Source: a virus
IMG/VR virus record: IMGVR_UViG_3300023084_000003
Reading direction: 5' to 3' (one strand)
DNA length: 64,000 bases
A program made the position numbers and the translations under genes. The notes beneath the pieces were generated by a model. That model worked only from the letters and a program-made list of their open reading frames with translations. It was not told where the DNA came from and made no database searches. Positions 1 through 10,568 of this stretch are shown piece by piece (the stretch's first letter is position 1; every line of letters starts with the position of its first letter).

Positions 1-1722
1 TGTATTTACATATAGAGTACCGGCAGGATCTGAGTTGTCTGCAGGATCAAGGTTAACTGTGATCTCATTTAAGTTGACAGATCTTGAAAAACTTAATATA
101 TTAATCTTATCATTACCGGCATCGACAAACGTTAGGTCTGCCTGATCTGGTGAGAAGTCATCAGCTTGAATGTCGGAATCAGAAAGTGTAAATGAGTTTC
201 CTGTAATACCAGCAACTGCTACAGATTCTCTCGTAGGAATAGTCATGTCAGTAATTGACTTAAGACTAAACTGCCCTGTGTCAAAAATAAACGGAGCATT
301 TTTAACGTCTTGAAGTATTGAGTTGTTTGCAATAAAGATTGTGCCTGAATCGCCATTAATTCTATCCACATCTTTAAACGTGAAGTTTGAATTAGTCATC
401 TTAATATTGCTTAGATATAGACGATTTTCTGTAATATTTCTTGCATATGCAGAACCAATAGGAGTACCAGCAGAGTTTTGCAATTGCATTGTATTCATAC
501 CAAGATCTACTGTACCGCTTAGATCTGTAATGTTAACATATCCACCATAATTGATTGAGATGCTTTGATTCTCATGAACAACAGTATTTGCAATCTGATC
601 AATAGTAAGCTCTTGGTCGCCTCTATGATCGATTCTAAATCCTTTTACGTAAGCAGAACCTTTTCCTATGATAGCTTTTAGATCATCGCCGCGTTTGTCT
701 ACAACAACATCCATTCTATCTACGATGTAGTTACCTGACTCTTCATATGTTCTACGAGCCAGTTCATCTCCCAAAGCATTGAATTGAGAAACGTCACGAA
801 TAGTAACAGCGTTACCGTTCTTATAGCGAACCAATGTAAAGAATGTTGCGTCTAGATCAGCAGATGAAGTTGTTTTAGTAACAAGCTTTGGAACAAGTTT
901 AAGTCTATCTGCACCAGGAGCATTCTCGTTTGTAGATCCAGAAGCATTGTCATAAAGAGTGTTGTCTTGTTCTGGGCGAATAATACTTTCTTCAACTTCA
1001 AAACCAACTGAAACACCATCTGGATTATTGTCATATTTTGAAATAATCAGAGTTTGTTCGTCAGCAAAGAGGAAGTGACCTTTCTGGAAGATAACACCAG
1101 AAGCCGATTGCAAACCAAATGATTGTCCAACCGGAGTAGGCTTGTTCGTAACACTCAAACCAGTTACGTTTGTTAGAACTGTCGTGTCAACAAGAACAGA
1201 ACCATTATATCTTTTCTTTGTAATTGTTAAAACTTCACCGGCAATGAATGTTTTAATCGGAGTATTTGTAGTTGTATCTACAGCGTTGTTATATGAGATA
1301 AAGAACGTGTTTAGGTTAGGAGGTCTTGTTTCAAAGCCTCTTTCTGACCAAATAATGTTTGCTGTAAGGCCGTTAGTTTGGCCTTCAATTTCATACACAA
1401 CGTCTACTGTAGGATCACCAGCGAGGTCATCAGCCACCTCCTGGCTTGGTCTGTAAGTCTGGATATCAAAATTATCTGGGTTATTTACTTTTACGAACTT
1501 TAGATCGCTAAGTTCTGTAAAGTTACAACCTTTAATAATGCTACCTTCTTTGTAAACATTATCGCCAAACTGCTCCACCTGATTTTGAAGGATTGTTTGA
1601 AGTTGCGTCAACTCACGAGCCTGAACTGCGTAAGCAGGTTTAAACAAGATCTTATAAAATTGTTTTTCTAAATCAAAATCATCAAAATATGGTGATATAT
1701 TTAGATCTGTATTAATAGGCAT
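1..1722 (-). CDS. Large virion structural protein (VrlC/DUF4815-like), runs off the window edge
   Basis: Not in the ORF track. ATG at 1722 gives MPINTDLNISPYFDDFDLEKQFYKILFKPAYAVQARELTQLQTILQNQVEQFG, the typical N-terminus of this T4-like tail/baseplate protein. Confidence 0.8.
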   Translation of the reverse strand, partial: MPINTDLNISPYFDDFDLEKQFYKILFKPAYAVQARELTQLQTILQNQVEQFGDNVYKEGSIIKGCNFTELSDLKFVKVNNPDNFDIQTYRPSQEVADDLAGDPTVDVVYEIEGQTNGLTANIIWSERGFETRPPNLNTFFISYNNAVDTTTNTPIKTFIAGEVLTITKKRYNGSVLVDTTVLTNVTGLSVTNKPTPVGQSFGLQSASGVIFQKGHFLFADEQTLIISKYDNNPDGVSVGFEVEESIIRPEQDNTLYDNASGSTNENAPGADRLKLVPKLVTKTTSSADLDATFFTLVRYKNGNAVTIRDVSQFNALGDELARRTYEESGNYIVDRMDVVVDKRGDDLKAIIGKGSAYVKGFRIDHRGDQELTIDQIANTVVHENQSISINYGGYVNITDLSGTVDLGMNTMQLQNSAGTPIGSAYARNITENRLYLSNIKMTNSNFTFKDVDRINGDSGTIFIANNSILQDVKNAPFIFDTGQFSLKSITDMTIPTRESVAVAGITGNSFTLSDSDIQADDFSPDQADLTFVDAGNDKINILSFSRSVNLNEITVNLDPADNSDPAGTLYVNT

Positions 1723-1734
1723 CTACTGGTTTCC

Positions 1735-3408
1735 TTAAAATTCTAGAACTAGTTTGTATTCTTCTCTGGAGGCCGGTGTTCTTTCTAACGCGATAAAGTC
1801 TTCCATGAAATATACTAATCCTGATCTTTGAGTATATGAAGATTCTACGACATTGTTTGCCTCTGGTGTATTTATGGCTATTTTCTGTCCTGTTGGAATA
1901 ACAAATTTCTTAGTGTAATCTAAAGAAATATCGTTATTTACAGTGTTAATGTAAGGTCCCATGTATTCTGACAAGAAAATAGTGTTTGAATCTGCATCTA
2001 CTTCATGGACCTTTGCAGTAAATACAACTTCGTTATTCAAGTCTGTTTGAGTTATAATATCGTTTTGATTAACGAGTGCATAACCATCTGTTGTTACCGC
2101 GATTCTATTATCAAAAATTTCTGGTGTGCTGTTTGCTGGGAGTACATCGTTATTCGCGTCTCTAAACTCTGGATTTTTTACAACACCAATGTATGAGAAC
2201 GTGTTTGTTTGACCAATTTGATTGTTATCTGTCTCTGTAACATATGCATATAGCAAAATATGTCTGCAGTGCATCTCGTCAATCAAATCGAAACCGTGTC
2301 CTCCAATAGGAGAAAGAACTGGTCTAAGTAAACAACGAACGTCAGTAGATCCAGCGGCGCCAGGATCGAACTCATAAAGAGGATCTTTGATCTCTGCTTC
2401 AATTTGGTGATAACCACTACCAAAATCTAGAATAGTAACCGAAGAAATATTTCCTCCGACAACATTTGCTTTTGCAACTGCGCCAGATCCATCTCCTCTT
2501 ATTACAACCTGAGGCTGAATAGAGAATGATGAGTTTGATGCAAAGTTATTTCCACCTACTGCAGAAAGGAAATCGCCATCACTGATTGTAACTCTACCAA
2601 CAGCTTGACCGTCCGACGATTGAGAAATATATTGATAATCAGTAATAGTATACAAGCGTGATACACCGCCTGGATCTGTACAATATAAAGACATTCCCAC
2701 GTAGTAACCGTTTGTTTGACTTAGGTTAGCTGATCTTACTCTTACCTCACTGTTATTTGGAGGAGCAGACGCAAATATACCGGATACGAAAGGATAGCCA
2801 GCATTCTCAATCGGGTTTGTTACAAAGATATCACTGATAGAAGAACCCGTAACTTCTACCTGAGTATTTGCTAAAGGATCTGAATCTGTAACACCAATAA
2901 GCGGAATATAACCAGAAGCATTGTAAGCTTCAAAATCAGATTCAGAAATCACAAACATAAACTTCCAGACATATTTATCTGCAGTTCTATAGATTTGGTT
3001 TTCTGTTTGTGAGTTGTAGTTAGGTGGATTCAATGATGGAGAATCAAAATTATTAAACAAACACTTATAAACTCTATAGTCTCCAGTGTCATTATTGTTT
3101 GGACCAACTACAGCATAAAACTTTTTATCTTCTAGATCTACTGTATCGTCATATTGCACATATACTTGATCTTTTTGCCAAGCATGGTACTTAATCATAT
3201 AGCGAATATCGTTAGGGAAGATCTTTTTACCAAACAGTGTTTTTTCTAAAAATAAATTTTTATTTTGAATAGAGTTAACAGCGCTCAGGCGTGTATTTGT
3301 CTCGGTTGTTACCGCCGAAACAAAAACATATAAATTATTATCTCTGACTTCTTTATCAAATAGACGTAAATTGTCAGCTTTTAATCTTGTGGTTACTACT
3401 TCGCCCAT
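1735..3408 (-). CDS. gp8: Baseplate wedge subunit (T4 gp8-like)
   Basis: Segments IRYMIKYHAW, YRVYKCLFNN, TADKYVWKFMF and C-terminal SGLVYFMEDFIALER...EEYKLVLEF; baseplate context. Confidence 0.8.
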   Translation of the reverse strand: MGEVVTTRLKADNLRLFDKEVRDNNLYVFVSAVTTETNTRLSAVNSIQNKNLFLEKTLFGKKIFPNDIRYMIKYHAWQKDQVYVQYDDTVDLEDKKFYAVVGPNNNDTGDYRVYKCLFNNFDSPSLNPPNYNSQTENQIYRTADKYVWKFMFVISESDFEAYNASGYIPLIGVTDSDPLANTQVEVTGSSISDIFVTNPIENAGYPFVSGIFASAPPNNSEVRVRSANLSQTNGYYVGMSLYCTDPGGVSRLYTITDYQYISQSSDGQAVGRVTISDGDFLSAVGGNNFASNSSFSIQPQVVIRGDGSGAVAKANVVGGNISSVTILDFGSGYHQIEAEIKDPLYEFDPGAAGSTDVRCLLRPVLSPIGGHGFDLIDEMHCRHILLYAYVTETDNNQIGQTNTFSYIGVVKNPEFRDANNDVLPANSTPEIFDNRIAVTTDGYALVNQNDIITQTDLNNEVVFTAKVHEVDADSNTIFLSEYMGPYINTVNNDISLDYTKKFVIPTGQKIAINTPEANNVVESSYTQRSGLVYFMEDFIALERTPASREEYKLVLEF

Positions 3409-3429
3409 ATCAATCTCGCTGTTTTACAA

Positions 3430-3437
3430 TATTTATA
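3430..3437 (-). promoter_or_regulatory. T4-type late promoter
   Basis: TATAAATA on the minus strand about 20 nt upstream of gp8. Confidence 0.7.
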
Positions 3438-3444
3438 AACATTT

Positions 3445-5106
3445 CTAGCCTCTTCTTCTGATTCTAGGACGTGGATAGACTCTTCCTGAAGAAGTTCTAG
3501 GTCTAAAATTTTTCTGTGGGAAGCTGGTGCCTGATTCTGGTCTTTGATTAAACCAACGAGCAAAAAGATTTGCACCGCCTCTTAAACTTTGCCAATCTGT
3601 TGGGTCGTCAGTTCCAGAATCAAACATTTGATTCTCATTTGCATTATCTATAATCCATGCATGGGCTTCGGCTTGAGTCATATTGGGCCATGATTCTGCT
3701 AATATAGCAAGTATACCAGCAACCTGAGGTCCTGACATGCTTGTACCCTGATACTTGGCTAATCTATAACTAGAATTTCTTGGATCAGTTGTTCCGCCAC
3801 TATGCACTGAGCTTTGAATTGCTTCACCAGCACCGTAGACATCTACTTGATCTCCACAGTTACTAAACGTTGCTTTATCTTCATTATTATCGTTGCCTGT
3901 TGCTCCAACGACAATAACAGGAGCGTATCCAGCACCCGATCCTGTTCCTCTATTATAATAGAAGGCGTAAGTAAAGCCATAATAAGTTAAGTAGCAAAGA
4001 TTATTATAGTCCTGATCTGTTGGAGTACAAATTTTCCAATATTCATTGCCAGCAGATGCTACAATAATAATTCCATCATCTATCGCATCTTGAATGTCTG
4101 CTTGTCTTGATGTAAAATAGTTTGGAAACGCATATCCTGTTAATGAGCTATTACCAAAACCACGGGTGTTTAATTCTGACAACGTCATGTCTCTGCCAGG
4201 ATTAAAATCTGTACCACGGTAAATAGTTCTAGTTACATTACCAAAGTTGTTGTCTCCGGGAGTAATTGAAGATCCGTAACTATTATTTGTGATAGTAGGA
4301 TTTTTTCTTCCAGTTGCGGCATTAATAGGCTTAGCGTTGTGCCATGCTCTAATATAATCCCAATAAGTAGATGAGCTGTAACCATTAGTATTCCAGTTTG
4401 GATTAGTAGAATATGGACTAAGATTATAAACATTAGCATCTCTAGCCCAGCCTTGAGTGTTTCCTGCTACTGTTCCGGCACAGTGACATCCATGATTGTT
4501 ATCGTCTTCATCTATTGCATTTGTATAAGATCCAGAACGGTCATAAGTATAAGTTCCAGTACCAGATCCAATATCGTTTTGGAACCAGTTATACTGTATC
4601 ACTCTTGAACCGCCGGATCCATCTGGGTTTACTGCAAACTCTGGATGAGCAGGATCAATATGTCCATCTACAATTACAACGTCAACGTGTTTCCCTGAAG
4701 CCGTAATAGTTAAATCTGAAGTGACTGTTGTTGTTCCACCATCACCCCAGTTGGCTCTATTAGATGTTTCTGATTGACGAAGTAATCCCCAGTTAAGATG
4801 GCTTGCATTCGTAGACCAAGATTTACTGAACTGCCCGTTTGTAATAGTATAGGCTGGTCTTATCGTAATGTCAACCAATTCTGCTAACTCAACATCCCAA
4901 ACTCTATCATCAGCTTTTATAAGTTCAACTTCTGATCTAGTTAGCATGTAATGAGTGTTGCGAGAAATAGTTCTACGTTTAGAAACTTCTACTTCTCTAT
5001 CGGGAATGTACAGATTTCCGCCAGGAGTTTCCATATCATTATAGAAATCCTCTAGATCCTCTTTACGATGAAGAGTAACGATCCATTCTTGTTTTGGTTC
5101 TTCCAT
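3445..5106 (-). CDS. Subtilisin-family (S8) serine protease
   Basis: Catalytic triad motifs VDVVIVDGHID (Asp), HGCHCAGTVAG (His), GTSMSGPQVAG (Ser); oxyanion ASAGN. Confidence 0.9.
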   Translation of the reverse strand: MEEPKQEWIVTLHRKEDLEDFYNDMETPGGNLYIPDREVEVSKRRTISRNTHYMLTRSEVELIKADDRVWDVELAELVDITIRPAYTITNGQFSKSWSTNASHLNWGLLRQSETSNRANWGDGGTTTVTSDLTITASGKHVDVVIVDGHIDPAHPEFAVNPDGSGGSRVIQYNWFQNDIGSGTGTYTYDRSGSYTNAIDEDDNNHGCHCAGTVAGNTQGWARDANVYNLSPYSTNPNWNTNGYSSSTYWDYIRAWHNAKPINAATGRKNPTITNNSYGSSITPGDNNFGNVTRTIYRGTDFNPGRDMTLSELNTRGFGNSSLTGYAFPNYFTSRQADIQDAIDDGIIIVASAGNEYWKICTPTDQDYNNLCYLTYYGFTYAFYYNRGTGSGAGYAPVIVVGATGNDNNEDKATFSNCGDQVDVYGAGEAIQSSVHSGGTTDPRNSSYRLAKYQGTSMSGPQVAGILAILAESWPNMTQAEAHAWIIDNANENQMFDSGTDDPTDWQSLRGGANLFARWFNQRPESGTSFPQKNFRPRTSSGRVYPRPRIRRRG

Positions 5107-6117
5107 TTATGCCTCCAGCTGGAGAACTGTTAACACAACTTGTACTGTTGATGTAGACCCAGATTTATTTGTTACTCTTACTGGAATTGTTGTATCGGGC
5201 GTACTTTCGTTACTAAATCCTATAGTACCAGGAGAGATAACTACCGTTTGTGCGCCTGTTGTAATAACTTCAGCAATTACACCCGCGTCTGGCGCAGGGT
5301 CTGATGTTTCTGCTCTCCCAGCATCTGCTGTACGAGAAGCAGCATCAGTATAAACTCTTACCCAAGCTGCTCTGTCTGTTTCGATTTTTAATAGGGCATA
5401 GCCTTTGAAGCCAGTGATTTCTACGTCTGCAGAGGCTCCATCAGCCAAAGATGTAGAAGTACCTGTAGCAGCTGAACGAGTTTGTAGAGATGAACCACCA
5501 CCTCCGCCACCGATCTCAGACTGATTAGCAATACCAACCCACGCGCCGTTATGTGCAAAATATGCTCTACCTTCTGCATGAACATGAGCAAACATACCGT
5601 GGTATGTTGTAGCATTTGGAAGTGCGTTTGTATCTGCGAAGTTGTTTGAGAAATAAATTGGACCAGTTGTTGTAATGCTGTTTGTGCCCATATCGAGATT
5701 TACTGCTTGAACTGCACTAACTGCGTCAGAATCTGTATAGCTTGCCCCAGCCTGTTGAGCAACCCAGTCGTAATCTGTACCATTCCACGAAAGTACTTCG
5801 TTCGTTGCTGCAGTACTTGTATTCAAGTGAGTGTCAATGCCAGCGTCATTGCCTGCTGACGCATCTACGAATGTAAAAGTACCCGCGCCGTCTGTTGATA
5901 GAACTTGTCCTGCAGTACCTTCACTGATACCAAGATCGAGTAATGTTGCAGGAATAGTTGGTTTGCCGGTTAAACTTGCATAGGTCCCGTCAAACATGTT
6001 TGCGACGTTGGCGTAAAGCTCAACAAAGTTATCGTTAACTTTATCCATAGCATCGCGCAACGGATCTCCTGTTCCGTCGTTCGACGTTACGCCGATGTTA
6101 ATATTTTGCCTTGCCAT
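5107..6117 (-). CDS. Tail-fibre/baseplate connector with gp9/gp10-like N-terminus
   Basis: N-terminal NIGVTSNDGTGDPLRDAMDKVNDNFVELY motif; Gly/Thr/Ala-rich fibre-like body. Confidence 0.7.
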   Translation of the reverse strand: MARQNINIGVTSNDGTGDPLRDAMDKVNDNFVELYANVANMFDGTYASLTGKPTIPATLLDLGISEGTAGQVLSTDGAGTFTFVDASAGNDAGIDTHLNTSTAATNEVLSWNGTDYDWVAQQAGASYTDSDAVSAVQAVNLDMGTNSITTTGPIYFSNNFADTNALPNATTYHGMFAHVHAEGRAYFAHNGAWVGIANQSEIGGGGGGSSLQTRSAATGTSTSLADGASADVEITGFKGYALLKIETDRAAWVRVYTDAASRTADAGRAETSDPAPDAGVIAEVITTGAQTVVISPGTIGFSNESTPDTTIPVRVTNKSGSTSTVQVVLTVLQLEA

Positions 6118-6144
6118 TTCAGCTCCTAAGTTTTTAGTTATTTA

Positions 6145-8352
6145 TTATAATGCGTCAACCTTGAGGATGGTACTATCTACTGTAATGTCTGTTTTATCAG
6201 AAGTTACTGCATAAGTATTCGCACTTTGTCCTGGTCCAACGACTGGTGGACCACCGACAACATAATCATCTTTACGTGTTAATGAGAATTTAGATCCAAT
6301 ATTTGTTTCTACTTTTGTTTTATAAACGAATTTATTAAATGCTTTAGTACCTGCAGGGTGCACTGTTCTTTTGAGAATCTCATCATATTCAATTGGATCA
6401 ACTACACCTTGAATCTCATAAGAGAATTCTTGGTAATAATCGTTATCTCTAATCTTATTTTCAGGCTTAATGTGTGAATTAAAGTTTCCATGATAACCTT
6501 CGGTCACACCCTGTTCTAGCGCGCTTAGAGTACCTTGTGCAACTACATCGTTGTTTGCATCTCTTAGATAAACAGTTTCTTGGTCAATATAACCAAAACC
6601 TGAATTAATTACTTTTACTTTATTAATGCGGCCAATTGAGAATTCAGTAAGAGTACTTACAAGAGCGTTTTCACCGAACTTTCTAGTATCATAGTTTCTT
6701 TCTGCTGTAATTACATTGTATGAGTTACTTTCATGAACAATTGTCCCGGCTGTAAAGCCATAATAAGCATATGGTCTTACTTGTAAAACTTGGTTTGTAG
6801 AATCAAATCCTATAATCTCACCCGTTACTGTTCCTTGTGTAATTATATCGCCTTTATCAAAGTTAGCACTAAATTCTGAAAGAACAAGGTTTTGATCGTG
6901 TCTTTCAAAAGCTTCCATTACTGGATCTCTCAAAATAGCAAACACGTCATTTTCATATGATGCACCCGGATTAACATTAACAAGAGTTCTAACCTTACCG
7001 ATATCAAACGGCGTAAGATCGAATGCCTCGTTGATAACAGAATCCAAGGCAGGAGTTGGATCAGCACCAGACATAGGAACTAGAGCTGGTGGCACGGTAC
7101 TATAATTTGTAGAGTTAATTGGAACATTTAAAAAGTTTCCAATAATATCTGTAATAAGCTCAACAGTTTCTATATTACTTAAAGTAACTGTTACGTCATC
7201 AGGATCTCCAGTATCTGGGAATAGATCGCCCGGCGACGAACTATTTACTTCAGACAAAGAAAAATCTGCAGGTTGAAGAGTAATATTCGGTGTTCTATCG
7301 AGTGTTGAGATTGCTGTACCATCAAACTCGTTTCCAGCATTCATTTTAACGCCAACAGCAGCAGGGTTTTGTCCAGTTACAAAACCTTCGTTTCCACTCG
7401 CATCTCTGAGTCTTTCTTCAATAACGAAGTCTTGGTCTTCATTATCTAGAATAATAACCTGATCTGAAACGTGCAATCTTGTTTCAGCAGTCGAATAACC
7501 AAAACCACCATCTTCAATTGTATATGAGATCGTTCCCGTAAATTCATCTTGCAATTCTGTAACAATTGCTCTGCCACCTTTACCAAGAGAAGATGTAAAG
7601 TCAAAAATATCACCGATATTATTATCTGTAGTTCTAGGTGCAGTCTGATCAATATCAATAGAAGAAGCAGAGCCTTGTACCTGACCAAACTTAACATCAG
7701 TGCCGTCTACCCTTGTAATAATATCATCGAACTTAATAAACGTGCCTTTAACATCGTTAATATAAATTACAGGAACAAGAGTTCTATTCAACATAATAAA
7801 GTTAATTTTATCAACAGCAGCTCGCGCACCAGAAATACTACCGATAATGTTCTTACCCGCTAGTGAATCATATTCGTATATAATAGCTGAATTTGCTGGT
7901 GATGGGAATTCAGCATTGTTTGGGAACAACTGAAGATATGTACCAGTTTTCCAAGAAGAATCAGAGGGTTTTAGAATATTAGATGCAGGATAATATATCT
8001 CTACATCTTCTTGAAAGAACATTCTAAAGAAAAGAACAATACCGCTCTCAGAACCTTTTCTTCTATAAAGGCTCATAATATTTCTTACAATAAACTTGAC
8101 CGTACCTACGTCATCAAGTGGCAGATCTGCAAGAAACTTTTTCTGAAAGAATATAATCATTTCAGATAGAGTTGTAGCAATGTCACGATATTCAAACAAA
8201 CGTCTGTTATTATACACAGACATATTAGTTTGTGTTTCTAGAAACTTATAGTATTCTTCTACAAATTTTACAAGCTCGTGACCTTCATCCCTGTAAAGTG
8301 CAGGGAACTGCAGCTGAATCTGGTGAGCAATATTTTTCTCGATTTTCGCCAT
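6145..8352 (-). CDS. gp7: Baseplate wedge initiator (gp7-like)
   Basis: QFPALY..FVEEYYKFLE, LYRRKGSESGIVLFFRMFF and DNDYYQEFSYEI..HPAGTK motifs; follows gp6. Confidence 0.75.
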   Translation of the reverse strand: MAKIEKNIAHQIQLQFPALYRDEGHELVKFVEEYYKFLETQTNMSVYNNRRLFEYRDIATTLSEMIIFFQKKFLADLPLDDVGTVKFIVRNIMSLYRRKGSESGIVLFFRMFFQEDVEIYYPASNILKPSDSSWKTGTYLQLFPNNAEFPSPANSAIIYEYDSLAGKNIIGSISGARAAVDKINFIMLNRTLVPVIYINDVKGTFIKFDDIITRVDGTDVKFGQVQGSASSIDIDQTAPRTTDNNIGDIFDFTSSLGKGGRAIVTELQDEFTGTISYTIEDGGFGYSTAETRLHVSDQVIILDNEDQDFVIEERLRDASGNEGFVTGQNPAAVGVKMNAGNEFDGTAISTLDRTPNITLQPADFSLSEVNSSSPGDLFPDTGDPDDVTVTLSNIETVELITDIIGNFLNVPINSTNYSTVPPALVPMSGADPTPALDSVINEAFDLTPFDIGKVRTLVNVNPGASYENDVFAILRDPVMEAFERHDQNLVLSEFSANFDKGDIITQGTVTGEIIGFDSTNQVLQVRPYAYYGFTAGTIVHESNSYNVITAERNYDTRKFGENALVSTLTEFSIGRINKVKVINSGFGYIDQETVYLRDANNDVVAQGTLSALEQGVTEGYHGNFNSHIKPENKIRDNDYYQEFSYEIQGVVDPIEYDEILKRTVHPAGTKAFNKFVYKTKVETNIGSKFSLTRKDDYVVGGPPVVGPGQSANTYAVTSDKTDITVDSTILKVDAL

Positions 8353-10151
8353 TATGTTATCTTAATCGGTTTAATGTTAATCGTTACATCTTCATCTTGG
8401 ATAAAGAAGATTCTTCCGTTAGGTGACTTAATGTCGTCTCGTTTAGTTGTTGCCATCACTTTAATTCCAGCACCGGTATAGTTCTGCACTGTAAGTCCTG
8501 TTAAGTTAACTTCTCCAGTAGTATAATCTACTGTACCAGTTTTTGGTAGAACAACCTTAGGATCTACAGGATCGTTTGTTACGATTTGAATATTTCCTTT
8601 ACCGTCGTCCTGCATGTAAACTTGAGTATTGTCATATGTGAAAGAGCCTGTTTTAATTGCAGGCTTATAATCTATAAATCCAATTGTATCATCAAAAGGA
8701 TATGGCTTAACTAACTCAGCAAAGAATTTAAATGATGGGTTTGCCGATACGCCTTTTGCTGGTGAATACAAGATATATGGACACGCGTCAATCTCGTTAG
8801 ATTGAATTGATACGTCTACATCATCTATATCACCCGAAAGTTTTGATACGCGAAGTGTTTTATTAAAGTCATCGAGATTATTATTACTATAAGTTGTAAT
8901 AGCAGATCTGATCTCTGTTTCTATTTGATCTGGAGATTTGCTTGTAATATTTGAATCGTAATACACGTCGATAGACAAACAAGCATATAGGAATTCAGAT
9001 TCAATAAAGATCGGTTCAATAGCAACAGGAGATCTTTCTCGTAGGAACTCAATGTATCTTGCAGACAATGTTTGCGATAGACTGTCTTCTCTTTCACCAA
9101 GATAAACTGAAATAGCAACTCGTCCAAACTTTGGAGGTGTAAGATCTTCACCACCGTAAGCAGAAACGGCTTTAATTTCTGGGAAGTTTTGCTTCAATAG
9201 AATCTCATAGTCTGATGTTGTAATTGCTCGCTCTTGAATCTGCAGTGCTTTTGGCGCAAAGTAACGAATGCTTTCAAGAGATTCTCTTTCAGCACCACCT
9301 GACGCAGCACTAATTGTTTCAACAACAGCAGTACCACTATTCAATTCAAGACTAAATACATCAGCGCCATTTGGCTCTTCACCAGAACAGATTCTGTATC
9401 TTACTCGAACATCCTCAAATTCTAGAGGCTGCAGACCGAATCTATTATTACCGAAGTAGATAGTGTATCTTCCATCAAAATATGGTTCTACATAGAATAC
9501 TTTATCTGTTGGACCAACACCAAAGATATCATTCTTTCTTACAAATATGTTTTGGTTTTCTGTTTCTTCAGCGTCAACAAATACGACGATTGAATCTGTA
9601 TCAGCATTCTCGTTTGAGAGGATAACACGAAGAATACCGTCAGCATCAACAAAATAACCTTCGCGTTCAAAGCTCGCAAGCATTTGACCTTCGAAGATCT
9701 CTACATTATCTGCAACAAATGTATTGACTGCAACCTTTTTAGCAACATAAGCTTTATCTGTAACAAACTCAAAGTTCTGACCTTGATATACACATTGGAA
9801 CTGAGTATATTCTGGAATTGGAATAGTTTGGATTCCTGGCGTGTCGTTTGTGATTGTGATTTTAATAACAGCTTTTGCAGATCTTCTACTTCTTGGCAGA
9901 TAGTTCAGTTCTTTAGCATGAGAAACAACCGAGTTCATAAGTACGGCTGAGTCGAGGAACATCTCGTTCAATGCCATATTAGAATAAAAGTTATTATGAT
10001 AAGTGTTATATGCTAATACGTCAAGAAGAACACTCATGTTAGAGCCTTCAAAGTTATAGTCTTTGAATTGTGTTTGACTCTTCATATATTCTTTCAGTGA
10101 CGATTTCACTGTTGCGAAATCTAATTCATTAATTTTGAGTTTAGATGCCAT
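8352..10151 (-). CDS. gp6: Baseplate wedge subunit gp6
   Basis: ELDFATVKSSLKEYMKSQTQFKDYNFEGSNMSVLLDVLAYNTY; ESLESIRYFAP; QERAITTSDY. Confidence 0.92.
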   Translation of the reverse strand: MASKLKINELDFATVKSSLKEYMKSQTQFKDYNFEGSNMSVLLDVLAYNTYHNNFYSNMALNEMFLDSAVLMNSVVSHAKELNYLPRSRRSAKAVIKITITNDTPGIQTIPIPEYTQFQCVYQGQNFEFVTDKAYVAKKVAVNTFVADNVEIFEGQMLASFEREGYFVDADGILRVILSNENADTDSIVVFVDAEETENQNIFVRKNDIFGVGPTDKVFYVEPYFDGRYTIYFGNNRFGLQPLEFEDVRVRYRICSGEEPNGADVFSLELNSGTAVVETISAASGGAERESLESIRYFAPKALQIQERAITTSDYEILLKQNFPEIKAVSAYGGEDLTPPKFGRVAISVYLGEREDSLSQTLSARYIEFLRERSPVAIEPIFIESEFLYACLSIDVYYDSNITSKSPDQIETEIRSAITTYSNNNLDDFNKTLRVSKLSGDIDDVDVSIQSNEIDACPYILYSPAKGVSANPSFKFFAELVKPYPFDDTIGFIDYKPAIKTGSFTYDNTQVYMQDDGKGNIQIVTNDPVDPKVVLPKTGTVDYTTGEVNLTGLTVQNYTGAGIKVMATTKRDDIKSPNGRIFFIQDEDVTINIKPIKIT

Positions 10152-10568
10152 TTATCTTGTCCTCTCTAGAAATACGTCAACTGATATTGGATTTGATTGG
10201 TTGCGTATCATAAATTCAACACGAACTCTTACAGTATTATCGTCAACTAGAGAGGATACTGTTACATCTAGTAATTCAGCTCTAGGCTCGTAAATATCTA
10301 GTGTTGTTCGTACTTGATCTTCGATTGTTTTTAAAACGCCGGGCGTTATATTTTCAAATAGCATGGCTTTGAGATGACCACCAAGATTTGGTTGCATCAA
10401 TCTTTCACCACGATCAGTAAGTAATAGATTTTTAATTGCTTCTTTTACAGACTCTTCGTCTTTGCGCACTGTCAGATCAGAAGACACAGGACTTTTCTCC
10501 ATATCCTTTTTAAAATCGGAATATATGGAGATCTTTTTAGTTCTACCTGTTAATAGTTCTATTGTCAT
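10152..10568 (-). CDS. gp25: Baseplate wedge subunit gp25
   Basis: AIKNLLLTDRGERLMQPNLG and YEPRAEL motifs. Confidence 0.9.
   Translation of the reverse strand: MTIELLTGRTKKISIYSDFKKDMEKSPVSSDLTVRKDEESVKEAIKNLLLTDRGERLMQPNLGGHLKAMLFENITPGVLKTIEDQVRTTLDIYEPRAELLDVTVSSLVDDNTVRVRVEFMIRNQSNPISVDVFLERTR

Noticed and set aside
323-1456. ORF-track entries 323-550, 852-1034 and 1142-1456
   Set aside because: They are shadows of the long minus-strand structural gene (1-1722) that the track missed because it runs off the window
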